This document shows positions 26,964 to 36,418 of a stretch of 42,828 nucleotides of DNA, in pieces; position 1 is the stretch's first letter, and each line of letters starts with the position of its first letter. The stretch lies in the sequence record DRR378314_81, one strand, 5' to 3'. The notes below the pieces were generated by a model. The model worked only from the letters and a program-made list of their open reading frames with translations. It ran no database searches and was not told the DNA's origin. A program made the position numbers and the translations under genes.

Positions 26964-29123
26964 TTACTTAACGATCTTCATTTCGTCTAGCAAGTTTTGC
27001 GCGTTATCAACTTTATCCATTACCCACAACATATAACGTGAATCAACATGAATTGAGCGATTTAATGCAGGGTTATAATCCCAGTCACCAATAATACTCT
27101 CGTATACGCCATCAAACAGTAAACCTACAAGTTCCGCTTTACCATTTAGCGTAGGCGATCCTGAGTTACCACCGGTAGTATCAACATTCGATAAAAAGTT
27201 AACAGGTACTGTGTTCATGCCGCCAGTGTAGTCGCCATATAATTTAGCTTTAATTTGCTTTTGCAAATTTTGAGGAGCATTAAACGGTTCAACATCGGTA
27301 TTTTTAGCAAGTAATCCTTCAAGCGACGTAAACGGTGTTGCAACTAACCCATCCTGTGGAGAATAACCACCCACTGTGCCATAGGTTACGCGAAGCGTAC
27401 TATTTGCATCAGCATACACAGGTTTATTTTTCGCTTTATTAAATGCAATGATCGCTGCCATTAACTTTGGACGTGCGGCTTGAAGTTTACCTGCAAGTGC
27501 TTTGTCTTTATCTTCTTGGGCTTTCATTACCTTAAAGATGGCATCAGCATACTGAATAAATGGGTCATCACTTTTCTTAATTTGCGCAAATGGCTTTTCA
27601 GCTAATTTTAAACGAGTGTCTTCATTATTAAGTGATGATTTCGCGTACATGCTATCGAGTAGTGCTTTATGTTTTGTTTTATCAAAGCCATTTTGCAACT
27701 CAAATGCTTGATCAACTTCAGCAAACCGTTCTTGTTTCGGCAGTGCAGCATACAGCTCTAAAAAGTGCAGTAAGATTGCTTTATCAACACCTTCATCAAA
27801 GCGACGAGTCATACGCTTTAAGCCTGCTTCTAGTCTTGGTAAGTCACGTTCTTGATAACCAGACTCACGCTCACTATTCGGTTTTTGCTTTTCATATGCT
27901 AAACGATATAAACGACGAGCTGTGCTGATCATTTGTGAACGATGTACATATCCCAGCATACGATCACGTTCGTTATGCTGTTGTGACTGTTCAACTAATG
28001 CCGAAAGTTCAGCCAATACGCTGCCGTATTGCCTTTTTAATCTTCGGTCGTTGTTTATCCAGTTTGTTAACGCTTGTTCAAACTGCTTTTTACGCTCGTA
28101 CATCGTGCCTTTATTAAAGCTTTCGATCATTGAGCCGTAGTTTTTAATATAATTGTTATACCCTGCGATAGTACTTTCATACGCAATGCGCGCTTTGCTA
28201 CCATCTTCAGCATTTTCTTCAATTAATGATACATACTTCGTATTATGGATACGGGCTTTTGGGTAGCTGGTATTAAATACATAATCAACTTCTGCAGCAA
28301 TGCGATAGCGATTGGTACGCCCAGGGTAGCCTGTCACCATGACAAAATCACCCTCTTGCACGCCTTTTGCACTGACGCTCAGATATGAATCAGGCACGAA
28401 TGGCACGTTGTCTTCACTGTATTCAGCCGGTTTACCGTCTTTGCCAACATAAGCGCGGTAAAATGCAAAATCACCAGTATGTCGCGGCCACATCCAGTTA
28501 TCTATATCACCACCGTATTTACCTACACCCATTGCTGGAGTATAGGCTAAACGAACGTCTTTAATTTCTAATGATTTTATTAAGTAAAACTCTAAACCAC
28601 CATGAAATGAATATACATTACAACGGTAATTATCATCTGCTTCACAGTCAGCTACCAGTTGCTTTTGGTTTTTCTCAAGTGCATCGTAACGAGCTTTTGC
28701 GCTAAGCGATTCAGTACCCTTAATGACTTTATCAGTCACGTTGGTCACAGTTTCTGTAACATAGACGCGCGAACCTGGGGCTGCTGGTAAGTCATCAGAA
28801 GCTTTTTTAGCTAAAAAGCCATTTTCTAAAATATTGTTCTCTGGTGTAGAGTTGTATTGAATAGAACCATAAGCACAGTGATGATTAGTTACCACTAAGC
28901 CTTTAGGTGATACGAACGATGCAGTACACCCACCTAAGCTTATAACTGCATTCATTGGAAATTCGGTTAATTTAGAAATTGATTTTGCATCAATCTCAAG
29001 CCCTTTCGCTTTTAATACAGATTCAAGCTCTGGGAGTTGATGTGGTTGCCACATACCTTCATCAGCAAACGATGTGCCAGTAAATGCCAAAGCACACAGT
29101 GCAATAAGAGGTTTTAAACGCAT
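26964..29123 (-). CDS. S46 family dipeptidyl peptidase (DPP7/DAP BII-like), exported
   Basis: Signal peptide then DEGMW; TNHHC (catalytic His), NWMWPRHTGDF, DANSTLR, TGGNSGSP (catalytic Ser). Confidence 0.95.
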   Translation of the reverse strand: MRLKPLIALCALAFTGTSFADEGMWQPHQLPELESVLKAKGLEIDAKSISKLTEFPMNAVISLGGCTASFVSPKGLVVTNHHCAYGSIQYNSTPENNILENGFLAKKASDDLPAAPGSRVYVTETVTNVTDKVIKGTESLSAKARYDALEKNQKQLVADCEADDNYRCNVYSFHGGLEFYLIKSLEIKDVRLAYTPAMGVGKYGGDIDNWMWPRHTGDFAFYRAYVGKDGKPAEYSEDNVPFVPDSYLSVSAKGVQEGDFVMVTGYPGRTNRYRIAAEVDYVFNTSYPKARIHNTKYVSLIEENAEDGSKARIAYESTIAGYNNYIKNYGSMIESFNKGTMYERKKQFEQALTNWINNDRRLKRQYGSVLAELSALVEQSQQHNERDRMLGYVHRSQMISTARRLYRLAYEKQKPNSERESGYQERDLPRLEAGLKRMTRRFDEGVDKAILLHFLELYAALPKQERFAEVDQAFELQNGFDKTKHKALLDSMYAKSSLNNEDTRLKLAEKPFAQIKKSDDPFIQYADAIFKVMKAQEDKDKALAGKLQAARPKLMAAIIAFNKAKNKPVYADANSTLRVTYGTVGGYSPQDGLVATPFTSLEGLLAKNTDVEPFNAPQNLQKQIKAKLYGDYTGGMNTVPVNFLSNVDTTGGNSGSPTLNGKAELVGLLFDGVYESIIGDWDYNPALNRSIHVDSRYMLWVMDKVDNAQNLLDEMKIVK

Positions 29124-29330
29124 TTTTTCAATCCTTTTTTATTATGTCAGAAATAGGGTACGCGCCAATCACTGAACAGGTCAATCTTTCTGCGACTAAT
29201 AGTTATAATATAACGTCAAAAGGAAATGAACTTACCTTCATTGCAAATAATATGACATAAACTTGCCATAGATGTGTCACATGCCCTCATTAACATATTG
29301 CAAAATCTTATCTTATGTTGAATGTGTTTT

Positions 29331-30131
29331 ATGCCACCTATTTTTTTAATTAACCTTGAGCGTTCACCGCAACGCTTGGCAAACAGCGTAATGCAGTTTA
29401 ACAAGCACGAACTTTCCTTCACCAAAATAGATGCAATTGATGGTGCGACCTTGTCACAAGCCCAGATTAATAAGCATTACTGTGAAACCTTAAATAAAAA
29501 AAACTACCATTACCCATTAAGTAGAGGGCAAATCGGTTGTTATTTAAGTCACCGCAAAGCATGGCAAGCAATTGTTGATCAAAAGCTTGATTATGCATTA
29601 ATTTTTGAAGATGACTTTAACTTAACAAGCGATATACACGCGGCAATTAACCGTATTAATAATTTAGAAATGCAGTGGCAATTAATTAAACTTTGCGCAT
29701 ATAAAGGGCGAAAGCGACGCATTGCTTATCAAAAAACTTTAGATGATGGCTACTCTTTAGTGGTACACAAAAAGCTGATGTCAGGGTGCTGCGCTACGGC
29801 AATAAGTTATCATGGCGCGAAACAGCTACTGGCAGCAACAGAAAAATTTGGCAGACCTATTGATTGTGATTTACAGCATATTTGGGAAACAGGTGTATGT
29901 GGTTATTCGCTTATGCCCTTTCCTGTCATTCAATCTACAGAACAAGAGAGTGACATTCATGTTAGAAGCGAAAAGCAGGTGAAAAAAGCCTTTTTCAAAA
30001 GAAAGTATCAACAATTAATAGCCAATATTAATAATAAAAAAGCAACCAGCGAGTTTATAAACGAAATACACCAAGAACATTTCAAACAAAAAAGGAGCCT
30101 GAGCTCCTTTCTATTTGAAAAACCAAGTTAA
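29331..30131 (+). CDS. Glycosyltransferase family 25 (LOS/LPS biosynthesis-like)
   Basis: IFLINL.RS..R, AIDG, G.IGCYLSH..AW, LIFEDD, PID. Start is probably ATG 29331 (track gives 29322). Confidence 0.9.
   Translation: MPPIFLINLERSPQRLANSVMQFNKHELSFTKIDAIDGATLSQAQINKHYCETLNKKNYHYPLSRGQIGCYLSHRKAWQAIVDQKLDYALIFEDDFNLTSDIHAAINRINNLEMQWQLIKLCAYKGRKRRIAYQKTLDDGYSLVVHKKLMSGCCATAISYHGAKQLLAATEKFGRPIDCDLQHIWETGVCGYSLMPFPVIQSTEQESDIHVRSEKQVKKAFFKRKYQQLIANINNKKATSEFINEIHQEHFKQKRSLSSFLFEKPS
30088..30110 (-). terminator. Intrinsic terminator of the M61 gene, lying inside the 3' end of the GT25 ORF
   Basis: Minus strand AAAGGAGC-tcag-GCTCCTTTTTT. Confidence 0.65.
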
Positions 30132-30196
30132 TTATTTAACCTGAACTAGGGTTAAGAGATGTACTAAAGTATTGATATTAATAACGAACTATTCCC

Positions 30197-31996
30197 TTAG
30201 CCTCCAGAGTTCTGGTTACTTAGTCTTATGGGGTGTTCTACACCTATCCATGCTTTAAATAACGCCATTTGTTGTTCTGTTGCATCAGCATTTGCTGTTA
30301 TCTTTTTCGCTTTATCAAAGCCTTCACTTAGCGTTATTGTCGTCGTTTGCAATGCATCTCGACGTATAAAATCAATCGAAACTGTATCGCCTGCTTTAAA
30401 CGTTTCTAAGCTTGCATTTAAATCTTTACCTACGTGCTTTTTTTCAATAGCAACAATTTTATCATTTGTCGTTAAACCAGCTTGCCAAGCAGCCCCACCA
30501 CGACGAACATGAGTAAGCGTTAATAGCTCGCCCGTATTCTTGGCAAAACTATCAATACTCGCTTGCGGCTTTGCCCCCGCTGGACGGGTGTGATTTAAAC
30601 CTACTTTTGCTAACAACTTATCAAAATCAATAGCAGCTGGGCTATCTACATTACTAGCCCACCAATCACTATAATCACGACCGGTTAAATCCTGCAAAAT
30701 TGTTTTTACGTCAGTGGCAGTAAACCCATGAGGCATTTTGTAGCTATTATATAGAGCGCGATGTACATCACGATAACTTTGTTTTCCTTGGCTCTTTTCA
30801 AGCAAATCTATATCTAACGCCATCGAAATTAATGCACCTTCTAAGTAAATATTCGTGCCATAATTTCGTGCATGATCGCCCCCCTGATTAATCCATTTAT
30901 CAAAGCTAGTTTCACTCGCGCTTTGTACTTCGCGCCCTGGCGTAGCCAAGTGACGATTAACTGTTTTACTCAAGGTTTTGAAAAATTCATCGGTGGTTGA
31001 TATACCTGATCGCACGAGTAAATGATCTTCGAAATAGCTTGTTGACCCTTCCGCAATCCATAGCAATTTATCAAAGTTCATATTTGTGTAGTCGTAAGGC
31101 ATCAAACCCTCTGGTCTATATGCTTTAACATTCCAAGTATGAATAAACTCATGAGCAGCGGTGCTAATAAAAGCAAGGTAATCATCTCGCGAGCCAAACC
31201 TATCTCGAGGACGTTGGATTATAGTTGAGTTTAAATGCTCAGTTGCACCACCAGCACCCGATGTGGCGTGGATCATAAACACATAACGTTCATATGGGTA
31301 ATTGTCCCAAATAATATTTCCTGTTTTAACCAGCTTTTTAAGGTCAGTTAGCATCAAGTCAACATCGTAGTTACCTTCGCCCCAAATAACTAATTCGTAA
31401 TCTCGTCCGTCTACCTCAAATTTATGAAGCTTATTAATCCCTGTTTCAATCGGCGAATCAACAAGTACATCGTAATCAGCTGCTTTAAAGCTATTTTTTG
31501 AGCCAGCATTGTCCATACCCGACACAGATCGCCATGCTTTAGGTACGTCTAGATTCACGGTAACAGGTTCCTGTCGAAATGATTCACTAAACATAAAAAA
31601 ACCTGATGCATCGATAAAAGCATGGCTATCATCTATATGGCGAGCTCGTTTACCTAACTCATTGGCATAGACTTGGTAATCAATTTTTACACTGGTTGGA
31701 TCATTTAAATGAACACGCCACGTACTGGCATTTATTTTTTCCCATTTAAGAGTTTGTCCGTTCTCATCTTTTGCGTCGAAATAGCGTACACCATTCGCTA
31801 AATTTAAAATTTCATAGCGGCCCGTTCGCCATGCAGGCAATTTAATATCTAAATGGGCCTGAGCTGAAACAGGAAACTCAACGCTAACATTGCCTAAATG
31901 ATGCTCAGGCTCTGAAATGGATAATGAATAATTCACATCAGCCCAAGCTGAGCACGAGAATGCAGTCGCAAGCGACATGGCTAATAACTTTTTCAT
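30197..31996 (-). CDS. M61 family glycyl aminopeptidase with PDZ domain, exported
   Basis: MKKLLAMSLATAFSCSAWA signal (ATG 31996); LPAW..G.Y, LVDSP, GATEH, HEFIHTWNVK (HExxH), LLWIAEG.TSY; PDZ AAWQAGL...DKIVAI. Confidence 0.92.
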   Translation of the reverse strand: MKKLLAMSLATAFSCSAWADVNYSLSISEPEHHLGNVSVEFPVSAQAHLDIKLPAWRTGRYEILNLANGVRYFDAKDENGQTLKWEKINASTWRVHLNDPTSVKIDYQVYANELGKRARHIDDSHAFIDASGFFMFSESFRQEPVTVNLDVPKAWRSVSGMDNAGSKNSFKAADYDVLVDSPIETGINKLHKFEVDGRDYELVIWGEGNYDVDLMLTDLKKLVKTGNIIWDNYPYERYVFMIHATSGAGGATEHLNSTIIQRPRDRFGSRDDYLAFISTAAHEFIHTWNVKAYRPEGLMPYDYTNMNFDKLLWIAEGSTSYFEDHLLVRSGISTTDEFFKTLSKTVNRHLATPGREVQSASETSFDKWINQGGDHARNYGTNIYLEGALISMALDIDLLEKSQGKQSYRDVHRALYNSYKMPHGFTATDVKTILQDLTGRDYSDWWASNVDSPAAIDFDKLLAKVGLNHTRPAGAKPQASIDSFAKNTGELLTLTHVRRGGAAWQAGLTTNDKIVAIEKKHVGKDLNASLETFKAGDTVSIDFIRRDALQTTTITLSEGFDKAKKITANADATEQQMALFKAWIGVEHPIRLSNQNSGG

Positions 31997-32207
31997 GGGA
32001 ACTCTTACTAATTTAAAATTTAATAAGCAAGAGCCTATCAATGAAGTGAAATGATGTGTAATAAAAGCGATAAGATGACCACAGTTTAGGTTCGATGAAT
32101 AAAAAACAACATCAAATACTAAGTTTTTGACTTAGCACCTACATTTGTGCCAAATTTGTTGTAAACTTACGCTTATAAATGATTAAATTTTATGGCGGTA
32201 AGTATTA

Positions 32208-33743
32208 GTGTCAGGCCAGCTCGAAGTTTTAAATAAAAAGCTTAAACAAGCTATCGATACCAGAAAGGTACTTGAAACTGCTCGAAAGCAACAAGTAGAT
32301 ACTTTGACAAATTTTGCAGCTAAGCTTTCATTAAGTTGCAAAGGTATGGATATCGAATTGGATAACCGTTTAGCCAAATTTAGAAGTGCCCTGAGTAAAG
32401 GTGTCGACTTTGAGAATTTAGCACCACTGATCGCTGAAATCCTGAGCCTTTTAAAAAACCAAGAAGCACAGCAACTATCGCATCAACGAGAGCTGCACAC
32501 GAGTGTTTTAACCGCTGGTAAGTTATTACAAAAAACCAAAGGTTTACCTGATGATACCCGCCGCATGTTACGCCATTTGCTGGATCACCAATTAAATGAA
32601 ATTCAATCGACTAACGATTTTATACCGATTCTAAATAAGCTGGTATCTATATATAACCAAGCCCTAAACGTTAAACTTTCTGTCAAAAATACTGAGGATT
32701 CAATTACTCAACCTAGGTTAGCTAAAGAGCTTTTAACATTGGCCAATGACCTTGTTTTTGAAGATGAAGCCGCTGACAATGTTAAGGCCATTAAGAATAA
32801 AATATCAGAAACAGATTCAGTTGAAGATTTACTGACCTCAGCAATTGAAATAATTAGAATTGTTGCCACAAACATTAGCGATGAACGCCAATCTGCGCAA
32901 AGTTTTTTAGTATCGCTCAATCAGACACTTGAAGATCTCCATCATTCAATTGTAGCGACTAGCAAACATTCAGAGTCTATGAGTACTGAATTCGAGACGC
33001 TTAATAAACGCATTGAAAGCAAAATAGTAAATTTAACAAAACAGACTCAAGATGCGACATCTATTTCATCTTTAAAAGCACTTGTAGATAATGAACTAAA
33101 ATCGCTAAGTCACGATTTAATTGCAAAAGAGCGCCTTGAGCAAGAAGACCGACAAGCCCTTATTAAAAACTTCCATGATATAAATACCCGTGTTGGTAGT
33201 TTAGAAAGTAAACTCTCTAAATACAAAAAACGATTGCATGAACAACGATTTAAAAGTTTACTTGATGGACTAACTAAATTACCAAACCGTGCTGCATTTG
33301 ATGAAAGGTTTAACCATGAATTTCACCTTTTCTCTGTGCAAGAATCTGATTTTACTTTGGTTGTTATTGATGTTGACCACTTTAAATCAATCAATGACCA
33401 ATATGGCCATAGTGCTGGTGACAAAACACTGCAGGTGATTGCTAAAGCACTGCAAATGTCGATTAGAAAATCGGATTTTATCGCGCGCTACGGCGGTGAA
33501 GAGTTTGTATTACTTATGCCAGGGATGTCTGTGGAGCATGCAACAGCACCACTTGAGAAACTTCGACAAGCAATTAAATCGATTCCGTTCAAATTTAAGA
33601 ACAAGAGCGTACAGATCACCGTATCAGTTGGAGCCACTCAATTCAAAAAAGGAGATACGCCGCTAATCGCATTTGATCGCGCTGATGACGCTTTATATAA
33701 AGCCAAAAAATCTGGCCGAGACAAGCTATGTATCAATTCTTAA
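32208..33743 (+). CDS. Diguanylate cyclase with long helical N-terminal region
   Basis: DGLT.LPNR, DVDHFK.IND.YGH.AGD, RKSD I-site, RYGGEEF, RAD.ALY.AK..GR; GTG start. Confidence 0.92.
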   Translation: MSGQLEVLNKKLKQAIDTRKVLETARKQQVDTLTNFAAKLSLSCKGMDIELDNRLAKFRSALSKGVDFENLAPLIAEILSLLKNQEAQQLSHQRELHTSVLTAGKLLQKTKGLPDDTRRMLRHLLDHQLNEIQSTNDFIPILNKLVSIYNQALNVKLSVKNTEDSITQPRLAKELLTLANDLVFEDEAADNVKAIKNKISETDSVEDLLTSAIEIIRIVATNISDERQSAQSFLVSLNQTLEDLHHSIVATSKHSESMSTEFETLNKRIESKIVNLTKQTQDATSISSLKALVDNELKSLSHDLIAKERLEQEDRQALIKNFHDINTRVGSLESKLSKYKKRLHEQRFKSLLDGLTKLPNRAAFDERFNHEFHLFSVQESDFTLVVIDVDHFKSINDQYGHSAGDKTLQVIAKALQMSIRKSDFIARYGGEEFVLLMPGMSVEHATAPLEKLRQAIKSIPFKFKNKSVQITVSVGATQFKKGDTPLIAFDRADDALYKAKKSGRDKLCINS

Positions 33744-33779
33744 CATAAAAAGTAATAACAGTCAGCAAGGAGAATGCCT

Positions 33780-35123
33780 ATGTTAATTCAGTTAAACCCT
33801 ACAGGCGTGTTAGATTTACTGTCGCAATTAGAAGTTGATTTATTAGAGCAATCCTCTGCAAGTGAGCGGTACACTTTATTTAGAAATTGTGTACTCGCAG
33901 TATTAAATGTCGGCAGCCATACGGACTCAAGCTCTGAGATATATGATAAATACCAAGATTTTGATATTCGCCTGTTAATCCGCGAACGTGGTATTAAAAT
34001 TGAGCTAGAAAACCCACCTCAAACAGCCTTCGTTGATGGTCAGATAATCACTGGGATCCATGAACATATTTTTTCAGTTATTCGCGACATACTATTTATT
34101 TGTCAAAAATACGAAAAAGACTTAACAGAACAAAAAAAAATTACCCACATGGTATTTGACATGCTGCGTAATGCCGGTGCGTTAAGAGTTAACTCTGATC
34201 CTAGTATGATTGTTTGCTGGGGTGGTCACTCTATTAATGAAATCGAGTATAAGTATACGAAACAAGTTGGCTATGAATTAGGCTTACGCGGTTTAAATAT
34301 TTGTACAGGTTGTGGCCCAGGCGCTATGAAAGGACCTATGAAAGGAGCCACCATTGGTCATGCCAAACAGCGTAATACCGATAATCGTTATTTAGGTTTA
34401 ACTGAACCAAGTATCATTGCTGCTGAGCCACCTAACCCCATTGTAAATGAATTGGTTATACTGCCAGACATTGAAAAACGTCTTGAGGCGTTTATTCGCA
34501 CAGCTCACGCCATAATTATTTTTCCTGGTGGTGCTGGGACTGCTGAAGAACTGCTGTACTTATTAGGTATTTTATTGCACCCAGATAATCAGAAACAATC
34601 ATTACCTGTTATTCTGACGGGCCCTAAAGAAAGTGCAGACTATTTCAAAGAGTTATGTAAGTTTATTGAGTTAACATTAGGAAGTGAAGCACTAGAAAAG
34701 TTTGAAGTCATTGTTGATAACCCTGCGCAAGTAGCAATTAAGTTAAAATCATCTATGTCTCAAGTACGTGATTATAGAAAAAGTGTAGGTGATGCTTATT
34801 ATTTTAATTGGACACTAAAAATTGATAATGACTTTCAGCAACCGTTTGCTCCTACCCACGAAAACATGTCAGGACTTGATTTACACCTTGATCAACCTAA
34901 ACAATTGCTGGCGGCTAATCTTCGTCGTGCATTCTCTGGAATTGTGGCTGGAAACGTTAAAGATGAAGGTATTCAAGCAATTAAACAACATGGTCGATTT
35001 ATTCTTAGTGGTGAGCCTGCGCTCATGAAAAACATGGATAAGTTACTTAAAGCATTTGTTGAACAAGGTAGAATGAAACTTCCTGGTTCAAAGTATGTCC
35101 CGTGTTACGAAATAAAGGCTTAG
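33780..35123 (+). CDS. ppnN: Nucleotide 5'-monophosphate nucleosidase (LOG family, YgdH)
   Basis: LLSQLEV, VCWGGHSI, CTGCGPGAMKGPMKGA, DIEKRLEAF, PGGAGTAEE, RMKLPG..YVPCYEI. ATG 33780 is better spaced from AAGGAG than 33774. Confidence 0.93.
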   Translation: MLIQLNPTGVLDLLSQLEVDLLEQSSASERYTLFRNCVLAVLNVGSHTDSSSEIYDKYQDFDIRLLIRERGIKIELENPPQTAFVDGQIITGIHEHIFSVIRDILFICQKYEKDLTEQKKITHMVFDMLRNAGALRVNSDPSMIVCWGGHSINEIEYKYTKQVGYELGLRGLNICTGCGPGAMKGPMKGATIGHAKQRNTDNRYLGLTEPSIIAAEPPNPIVNELVILPDIEKRLEAFIRTAHAIIIFPGGAGTAEELLYLLGILLHPDNQKQSLPVILTGPKESADYFKELCKFIELTLGSEALEKFEVIVDNPAQVAIKLKSSMSQVRDYRKSVGDAYYFNWTLKIDNDFQQPFAPTHENMSGLDLHLDQPKQLLAANLRRAFSGIVAGNVKDEGIQAIKQHGRFILSGEPALMKNMDKLLKAFVEQGRMKLPGSKYVPCYEIKA

Positions 35124-35134
35124 AAGAGAAAACT

Positions 35135-35908
35135 GTGTCAGGACAATTACTTTTAATAGATGCGCTTAATTTAATAAGGCGCATCTATGCTGTTGATAGT
35201 AATCAAAATAAGTACAGTGAACAGCAAATGATTACCACTTGTTGCCAACGCGTGGCACAGGCATGTAAAAAGCTGCTCCGTGTAACGAATGCCACCCATG
35301 CCATCGCTGTTTTTGATGGCAATAAAAGTTGGCGTTATCACTTTTACCCACAATATAAAAATAGTCGTGCCCCAATGCCGACCTTGCTTAAAGAGAACTT
35401 AACACAGTTCATAAGTGCAATTGAGCAAATTGGGGTTGTTGTATTTGCACCCGATAACGATGAAGCTGACGATATTATTGCAACTCTAGCTCATAAAGCT
35501 GCATTACATGGTGTTTCAAGTACTATTGTATCTACTGATAAAGGTTTTTTACCGGCGTTGAGTGAAAATATTCACATTTACGATTATTTTAAGAAAGAAT
35601 ATATTGAAAGAAATGCCATATTAGAGCGCTTTGCCGTTGAACAGGATAGATTAATCGATTTTTGGGCACTTGCTGGTGATAAGACCAACGACATTCCCGG
35701 TATTAAAGGCATTGGCCTTAAAACTGCACAAGAGGTAATCAGGAAGCATCAAAATATTGCCGATGCAATTTCCGATGAAACTATTTCACAAGCGCTAAGA
35801 AATAAGTTGGATGCAGGAATGCAAGACTATATTATATCAAAGCAACTTGTGAGTTTACGAACTGATATACATCTAGGATTTAGCTTAAAACAATTAAGAC
35901 TTTGTTAA
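35135..35908 (+). CDS. xni: Flap endonuclease Xni (ExoIX/YgdG)
   Basis: LLLIDALNLIRRI, AVFD, YK..R, EADD.IATLA, IVSTDKGF, LAGD....IPGI.GIG.KTA; follows ppnN; GTG 35135 is the likely start. Confidence 0.92.
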   Translation: MSGQLLLIDALNLIRRIYAVDSNQNKYSEQQMITTCCQRVAQACKKLLRVTNATHAIAVFDGNKSWRYHFYPQYKNSRAPMPTLLKENLTQFISAIEQIGVVVFAPDNDEADDIIATLAHKAALHGVSSTIVSTDKGFLPALSENIHIYDYFKKEYIERNAILERFAVEQDRLIDFWALAGDKTNDIPGIKGIGLKTAQEVIRKHQNIADAISDETISQALRNKLDAGMQDYIISKQLVSLRTDIHLGFSLKQLRLC

Positions 35909-36025
35909 ATGGTTAAACTGGTTCTGGGTTTTACCTACGCGTATACTTTAGTAATTATTGCGTAGTATCTATTCAAGTATTGCTTTAAAGCAACGCATTA
36001 TTTTAATCATCTTTAAGAGTGCAAA

Positions 36026-36409
36026 ATGTTTAAAAAGGTTATTCGATATATCATATTAGGGCTGGGTGTTTACGCACTTATAGCTGCGTTAGTGATTACC
36101 TTTTACAAAGATGACCCACAAGCCATGATATGGCAAGACAGAGAAGCATTTAATAAACGTTACATCACAAAATTAAGCATCAAAAAACCAACAACCTTGA
36201 ATACTGTTTTAGACTATTTAGGTAGCCCAGATCTTACTTTCGCAAAGCGCAGTGGCGATGATGTATGGCAAATTGTGTTTTATCGTACTCAACATATAAA
36301 ATCAGATGGTATAACAACCATGGATGAATGCACCGGACTTCTATTTAATAATGGTGAATTAGTTTTATGGGGCCCAAGTGCTCATGACGCCTTTATGCAG
36401 AAAAGTTAA
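36026..36409 (+). CDS. DUF3192-family membrane-anchored protein
   Basis: N-terminal TM helix; W.DRE.FN, LG.PD, FYRTQH..SDG.TT.DECT.L.F.NG.L..WG. Confidence 0.8.
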   Translation: MFKKVIRYIILGLGVYALIAALVITFYKDDPQAMIWQDREAFNKRYITKLSIKKPTTLNTVLDYLGSPDLTFAKRSGDDVWQIVFYRTQHIKSDGITTMDECTGLLFNNGELVLWGPSAHDAFMQKS

Positions 36410-36418
36410 ACGAGTACT

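Noticed and set aside
11924-28140. Short plus-strand ORFs inside the kinase, GH20, RidA, deacylase, TonB receptor and S46 genes
   Set aside because: Antisense overlaps with no motifs or convincing RBS.
32135-32153. Possible sigma54 promoter on the minus strand (TGGCAC)
   Set aside because: The -12 element reads TAGG rather than TTGC at the required spacing.
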